DNA of 64,000 bases from Planctomycetota bacterium. Lineage in GTDB: Bacteria; Planctomycetota; UBA1135; UBA2386. The DNA lies in contig JAEUHT010000041.1 of the NCBI GenBank assembly GCA_016793265.1, positions 1,865 through 65,864 on the forward strand, given 5' to 3'. Numbering within the stretch: the stretch's first letter is position 1; the number at the start of each line of letters is the position of its first letter. Positions 58,994 through 64,000 of the stretch are shown in pieces. Position numbers and translations under genes: made by a program. The notes under the pieces were generated by a model that made no database searches, had not been told where the DNA came from, and worked only from the letters and a program-made list of their open reading frames with translations.

Positions 58994-60388
58994 GTGACCT
59001 ACCTCTATCTGCTCGCGACGCTGCTGTTCGTCTTCGGCATCAAGCGCCTGACCAGCGTCAAGACCTGCGCCCAGGGCAACCGCCTCTCCGAGGCGGGCAT
59101 GTTGCTGGCCATCGTGACCACGCTGCTGATCTACAACGGCAGCATCAGCTGGTGGGTCGTGATCGCCGGCCTGCTCGTCGGTGGCGGCATCGGCGCCATC
59201 ATCGCCAAGAAGACGCCGACCACGCAGATGCCCGAGATGGTGGCTGCGCTCAACGGCTTCGGCGGCGTCGCCTCGGCGCTCGTCGCCATGGCCGACCTGC
59301 TGCAGAACACCGCGTTGAAGGGCGAAGCCTCGCTGTCGATGATGGGCACCGTGCTGGCGATCGCCACGCCGGCCACCATCCTGATCGGCATGGTGACGCT
59401 GACCGGCAGCTTCGTCGCGTTCTTCAAGCTCGGTGGCAAGAAGATCGTGCACCCGCTGAAGGGCTCGGCGCGCCACTACGCGCACGCTGCGCTCGGCCTG
59501 GCGGCCATCGGTTGCTCGGTCTGGATGGTGTTCACCGGCAGCCACGTGTCGATGGCGATCGCCGTCATCCTGCTGGCGTTGATCGCGTCCGCGCTCGGCG
59601 TGCTGCTGACGCTGCCGATCGGCGGCGCTGACATGCCGGTCGTGGTGTCGCTGCTCAACAGCTACTCGGGTGTCGCTGGCGCCGCCGCCGGCTTCGTCAT
59701 CAACAACCCGCTGCTGATCGTCGCCGGCGCCCTGGTCGGCACATCGGGCCTGATCCTGACGCAGATCATGTGCAAGGCGATGAACCGGTCGCTCGGCAAC
59801 GTGCTGCTCGGCGGCATCGGCGACGACACGGTGGCCAAGGACGCCAAGGACTACAAGTCGATCAAGGCGACCACGCCCGAAGAGGTGGCGATGCTGCTCG
59901 ACGGCGCGACCTCGGTGGTGTTCGTGCCCGGCTACGGCCTCGCTGTCGCCCAGGCGCAGCACACCATCCGCGAGCTCGGTGAGCTGCTGATCAAGCGCGG
60001 CGTCACGGTGCGCTACGCGATCCACCCGGTGGCCGGTCGCATGCCGGGCCACATGAACGTGCTGCTGGCGGAGTCGGACGTCCCGTACGACCAGCTGTTC
60101 GAGATGGATCAGATCAACGGCGACTTCAAGAACACCGACGTCGTCATCGTCGTCGGCGCCAACGATGTCGTGAACCCGGCGGCGCGTGAAGACACCGGCC
60201 CGATCGCCGGCATGCCGATCCTCAACGTCGACGAAGCGCGCACCTGCGTCGTCATCAAGCGCTCGCTGGCGCCGGGTTATGCCGGCATCCGCAACCCGCT
60301 GTTCGACCTGCCCAACACGCTGATGGTGTTCCTCGACGCCAAGGAGGCGCTCGAGGGCATGGTGAAGGAAGTCAAGGAGCTCAAGTAG
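58994..60388 (+). CDS. pntB: NAD(P) transhydrogenase beta subunit
   Basis: MPEMVA, IGGADMPVVVSLLNSYSG, PGYGLAVAQAQ, HPVAGRMPGHMNVLLAE. Confidence 0.96.
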   Translation: MTYLYLLATLLFVFGIKRLTSVKTCAQGNRLSEAGMLLAIVTTLLIYNGSISWWVVIAGLLVGGGIGAIIAKKTPTTQMPEMVAALNGFGGVASALVAMADLLQNTALKGEASLSMMGTVLAIATPATILIGMVTLTGSFVAFFKLGGKKIVHPLKGSARHYAHAALGLAAIGCSVWMVFTGSHVSMAIAVILLALIASALGVLLTLPIGGADMPVVVSLLNSYSGVAGAAAGFVINNPLLIVAGALVGTSGLILTQIMCKAMNRSLGNVLLGGIGDDTVAKDAKDYKSIKATTPEEVAMLLDGATSVVFVPGYGLAVAQAQHTIRELGELLIKRGVTVRYAIHPVAGRMPGHMNVLLAESDVPYDQLFEMDQINGDFKNTDVVIVVGANDVVNPAAREDTGPIAGMPILNVDEARTCVVIKRSLAPGYAGIRNPLFDLPNTLMVFLDAKEALEGMVKEVKELK

Positions 60389-60476
60389 CTCCGGCCTGCT
60401 CCCGCCGCCGGCCGGCATCGCCGCGCCGTTGGCCGTTGGCCGCGCACTGTCGCGCGTCGGTAGAGTGACGGCGACC

Positions 60477-60965
60477 ATGCGCCACCTCCCGCCGCACCTG
60501 CTGCCGCTGTTCGCCTTGTTGTCGCTGCTGCCGCAGGAACCGGCCGGCAAGCCCGCCGCCGAGCTGCCGCCCGGCGTCGCCGAGCTGCGCCGGCTGGACT
60601 GGCTCAGCGGCACCTGGGTGATGGAGAGCCGCGGCACCACCACCGAAGAACACTGGCGGCCGCTGCAGGGCACGACCCTGCTCGGCACCTCGCACACCTT
60701 CGATGCCCGCCGCACGCAGGCCTTCGAGTTCCTGCGCATCACGCTCGTGCGCGGCAAGCCCGCCTACGTGGCGCAGCCGGGTGGTGGTGCGCCGACGGTG
60801 TTCGTGATGACGAAGCTCGAAGATGGCGCCGTGACCTTCGAGAACCCGGAGCACGACGCCCCGCAGCGCATTCGCTACGAACGCACCGACACGGGCGTCA
60901 CCGCCTCGATCAGCCAGCTCGACGGCTCGCGGGCGATGCGCTTCGTGTTCACGAAGCGGGAGTGA
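60477..60965 (+). CDS. DUF6265-like secreted protein
   Basis: Signal peptide; LDWLSGTW, EEHW, FEFLRI, YVAQPGG, FENPEHDAPQRIRY. Confidence 0.8.
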   Translation: MRHLPPHLLPLFALLSLLPQEPAGKPAAELPPGVAELRRLDWLSGTWVMESRGTTTEEHWRPLQGTTLLGTSHTFDARRTQAFEFLRITLVRGKPAYVAQPGGGAPTVFVMTKLEDGAVTFENPEHDAPQRIRYERTDTGVTASISQLDGSRAMRFVFTKRE

Positions 60966-61686
60966 CCGGGGCCGGCGCGGCCGGCGGCGTCGACGGCAGG
61001 GCGGCGAGCGCCTTCAGCGCGGCGCCGACGGCGCGTTCGGACGGCGCGTCGATGAGCCAGCGCATCTGCGCCGGCGTCAGCACCTGGCCGAGATCGGTGT
61101 CTTCGGCGTCCGGGTAGAGCACGGGCTCCTCGGGCACGCCGAACGCGAGCGGCGGCAGGTCGGCTTCGGGCTCGGTCTGGCGCACCTTCGCCAGCAGCAC
61201 CTGCAGGTCGACACCACGCAGCAGCAGCAGTTCCCACGGTCGGTCATCGAGCCGGCGGGCGACCAGCTCGTGCAGCGCCAACACGTGCCGGCAGGGTTTC
61301 TCCTGCAGGTCGCACGAACAGCCGAAGGTGACGCTGCGCGAATCGGGGAACAACGGTTCGCCGACCACGCGCGCGACCAGGCGATCGAAGGCGCGCGGCA
61401 CGCGGCCGTCGTCGAGCGCTTCGATGATCGTCTTGCTGCGCCGCAGCACGCGCACCAGCGTCATCATGTCGCGCTGCGGCAGCGTGCGGATCTGCAGGCT
61501 GACCTCGTGGATCGAGCCCATCGACCCTTCCATCTCGGCGCGGATCGAACCGGCGCGGATGCGCAGCATCGGCTTCCTGATGCTCGGCAGCGCCTCGAGC
61601 GCCGCCGCCAGCCGCTTGTCGTCGATGCCGCGGGTCGCCTCGCGGCGCCAACGCTCGCCCATGGAGACCGACTTGCGTTCGTTCAC
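60949..61686 (-). CDS. SWIM zinc-finger protein
   Basis: CSCD....CRHVLA and DDRPWELLLLRG; start overlaps the SNF2 stop. Confidence 0.88.
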   Translation of the reverse strand: MNERKSVSMGERWRREATRGIDDKRLAAALEALPSIRKPMLRIRAGSIRAEMEGSMGSIHEVSLQIRTLPQRDMMTLVRVLRRSKTIIEALDDGRVPRAFDRLVARVVGEPLFPDSRSVTFGCSCDLQEKPCRHVLALHELVARRLDDRPWELLLLRGVDLQVLLAKVRQTEPEADLPPLAFGVPEEPVLYPDAEDTDLGQVLTPAQMRWLIDAPSERAVGAALKALAALPSTPPAAPAPVTPAS

Positions 61687-63998
61687 GCCATCGCCTCCTT
61701 GCGATCGAGCACGAGCAGGCGCTTGAGCTCCTCGTTGCTGAGTTCGGTGATCCAGTTCTCGCCAGCCGCCAAGAGGCCGTCGGCGACCTCACGCTTGCGA
61801 TCGAGCATGGTCTGGATGCGTTCTTCGAGCGTGCCGCTGCAGACGAACTTGTGCACGAAGACGTTGCGCTGCTGGCCGATGCGGAAGGCGCGGTCGGTGG
61901 CCTGGTCCTCGACGGCAGGGTTCCACCAGCGATCGAAGTGGAACACGCGGTTGGCGGCGGTCAGGTTGAGGCCGGTGCCGCCCGCCTTGAGCGACAGCAC
62001 GAACAGCTTCGGGCCGTCGGGCCGCGCCGTCTGGAAGTCGGCGACCATCTGGTCGCGCTCCTTCTGCGGCACGCCGCCGTGCAGGAACAACACACCCTGG
62101 CCGAACATGTTCTCCAGGTGTGTCTTCAGCAGCGAGCCCATCTCCTTGAACTGGGTGAAGATCAGGCAGCGGTCGCCCTCGTCGAGCGCCTCCTCGATCA
62201 TCTCGGTCAACAGATCGAGCTTGCCCGACCGGCTCGGCAGCGAGCTGCCGTCCATCTGGTAGTGCGCCGGGTGGTTGCAGACCTGCTTGAGCCGCAGCAG
62301 CGTGGTGAGGATGGCGCCGCGGCGCTGGATGCCCTCGGCGGCCTTCTCGACCTCCTGCAGGCCCTTGCGCACCACGGACTCGTAGAGGATCGCCTGTTCG
62401 CGCGAGAGCGTCGAGGTGACGATCTGCTCGGTCTTCTCCGGCAGGTCGGCGACGATCTCGGGGTCGGTCTTGAGGCGGCGCAGCACGAACGGCCGCACCA
62501 GCCGCGCCAGCGCCGACATCGACCCCTGCCGCCGTTGCTTGACGATCGGGTGTTCGAGCGTCTGCATGAACTGCGTGCGCGAGCCGAGCAGGCCCTCGTT
62601 GAGGAAGTCCATGATCGACCACAGGTCGAGCGGGCGGTTCTCGAGCGGCGTGCCCGTCAGCGCCATGCGGAAGTGGCCCTTCATCTGCCGCGCCACCTTG
62701 GACTGGCGCGTGGTCGGGTTCTTGATGTTCTGCGCCTCGTCGAGGATCACGCCGTCGAAGGTCGTGTCCTGCATGATCTCCTCGTCGCGCTGCAGCAGGT
62801 TGTAGCTGGTCAGCACGATGTCGTGCTCGGTGATCGTGCGTTGGAACTCCTCGGTGGTCGCCGCGCGGCCCTTGCCGTGGTGCAGCACGACGCGGAAGTT
62901 CGGGGCGAAGCGGGCCAGCTCACGGCGCCAGTTGCCGAGCACGGAGACCGGGCAGACGATCAGGATCGCGCCGCGGTTCTGGTCCTGGTGCTGGCGGCGC
63001 CAGTCGAGCATCACCGTGATGGCCTGGATCGTCTTGCCGAGACCCATGTCGTCGGCGAGGCAGGCGCCGAAGCCCTGGTCGACGAGGAAGTGCATCCAGG
63101 CGTGGCCGCGCGCCTGGTACGGGCGCAGTGAGCCGATGAACTCGGGCGGCATCGGCCGGTCCTCGACCACGCGCGCCTGTTCGAGGTTCTGCAGCAGCTG
63201 CTCCAGGCGCGGCGTGCTGGCGATCGACTCCATGGTCAGGCCGTGCAGGTGGGAAGCGCCGCCGAGGCGCAGCCGCAGCGCTTCGAAGAAGCTGATGCGT
63301 TCGCCGCCTTCGGCCATGCGCTTCTTGAAGTCCTGCAGCGCGTCGCGGTCCTTGGGCGACAACAAGACCGGGCGGCGGTCGATGAAGACGAGCGGCGAAC
63401 GTGCCTCGACGAGCTCGTCGAACTGCGCTTGCGTGAGCTCCTTGTCGCCGATGGCCAGGCTCCAGCGGAACTCGAACCACGGCCGCGGATCCCCGGCTTG
63501 GCCCTTGGCCTCGATGATGGCCACGCGCGCCGACAGGCGCTGCATGGCCTCGACGCCGGGCAGCGTCAGCTCGAAGCCCTCGCTCTCCAGCAGCGGCATG
63601 TGGTCGAGGATCTGGTCGAGCTCCTGGCGGGTCAGGCTGGCGCGGCCGTCACTGAGGTTGCGTGCGCGCCGCAGCGCCGGCAGCTTCTCGCTGACGCGGT
63701 CGATCGTCTGCTCGATGCGGTGCAGGCTCTCGGCGGCGATCTCGTTGGGGAACAGCGCGGCGGTGTGGCGTTGGTGCAGGCTCTCGATCGTCTCGCTGTG
63801 GTCGATCGTCGGGACCGGACGCACGAGGATCTGCAGCCCCCACGGCGCACCCTCTTCGAGCGGCTGGTCGGGCACCAGGATCTCGAGCACGGGCACCATC
63901 GGCGTCTGCCAGAAGGTCTTCGGCAGGCGTTCGGCCTTCTCGAAGCGCGGCAGGTAGGGCTTGCCGTCGGCGGTGGCCTGGATGGCGACCTGGTCGAG
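61683..63998 (-). CDS. SNF2-family helicase/ATPase (5' truncated by window edge)
   Basis: LRPYQ, LADDMGLGKT, DEAQNIKN, LTGTPLEN, SGKL, LSLKAGGTGLNLT, DRWWNPAVEDQATDRAFRIGQ; frame open to the window end. Confidence 0.96.
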   Translation of the reverse strand, partial: LDQVAIQATADGKPYLPRFEKAERLPKTFWQTPMVPVLEILVPDQPLEEGAPWGLQILVRPVPTIDHSETIESLHQRHTAALFPNEIAAESLHRIEQTIDRVSEKLPALRRARNLSDGRASLTRQELDQILDHMPLLESEGFELTLPGVEAMQRLSARVAIIEAKGQAGDPRPWFEFRWSLAIGDKELTQAQFDELVEARSPLVFIDRRPVLLSPKDRDALQDFKKRMAEGGERISFFEALRLRLGGASHLHGLTMESIASTPRLEQLLQNLEQARVVEDRPMPPEFIGSLRPYQARGHAWMHFLVDQGFGACLADDMGLGKTIQAITVMLDWRRQHQDQNRGAILIVCPVSVLGNWRRELARFAPNFRVVLHHGKGRAATTEEFQRTITEHDIVLTSYNLLQRDEEIMQDTTFDGVILDEAQNIKNPTTRQSKVARQMKGHFRMALTGTPLENRPLDLWSIMDFLNEGLLGSRTQFMQTLEHPIVKQRRQGSMSALARLVRPFVLRRLKTDPEIVADLPEKTEQIVTSTLSREQAILYESVVRKGLQEVEKAAEGIQRRGAILTTLLRLKQVCNHPAHYQMDGSSLPSRSGKLDLLTEMIEEALDEGDRCLIFTQFKEMGSLLKTHLENMFGQGVLFLHGGVPQKERDQMVADFQTARPDGPKLFVLSLKAGGTGLNLTAANRVFHFDRWWNPAVEDQATDRAFRIGQQRNVFVHKFVCSGTLEERIQTMLDRKREVADGLLAAGENWITELSNEELKRLLVLDRKEAMA

Positions 63999-64000
63999 CG

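Overview
High-GC (roughly 70% by eye) bacterial chromosomal window, densely coding, that contains the replication origin region: dnaA-(oriC)-dnaN-dciA/DUF721-gyrB on the minus strand, with ParA about 4 kb away. Gene content and protein style suggest Planctomycetota, probably an OM190-like lineage (inference; no search was run). About 56 CDS were identified: housekeeping genes (pyrE, pyrF, purF, fmt, rsmB, ettA plus a second ABC-F, split pntAA/AB/B, LeuA-like synthase), envelope genes (kdsD, a 983-aa LptC/LptA-like protein, lptD, DUF481 barrel, an MCE system, GT2 and GT39 glycosyltransferases, signal peptidase I, CPBP protease), a complete bacillithiol set (bshA, bshB1, bshC) with a cysteine desulfurase, and a SWIM + SNF2 pair. 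No rRNA, tRNA, CRISPR array, IS or prophage was seen. Most notable observations: (1) a hybrid MCE transporter (PqiB-type tandem MCE domains capped by a catalytically dead trypsin-like domain, paired with a fused MlaF-MlaE ABC protein); (2) a probable single-chain giant Lpt bridge between kdsD and lptD; (3) three scattered stand-alone signalling modules (Hpt, MshEN, pseudo-HATPase) sharing a sigma28-like promoter motif; (4) a shared two-Cys C-terminal domain on unrelated secreted propeller proteins, a candidate sorting signal; (5) a frameshifted macrodomain pseudogene missing from the ORF track; (6) pervasive TANNNT boxes about 10 nt before start codons, implying ultrashort leaders; (7) a degenerate oriC; (8) an AT-hook nucleoid-protein candidate; (9) a MocA-nitroreductase fusion. 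Family calls come from motif recognition only.
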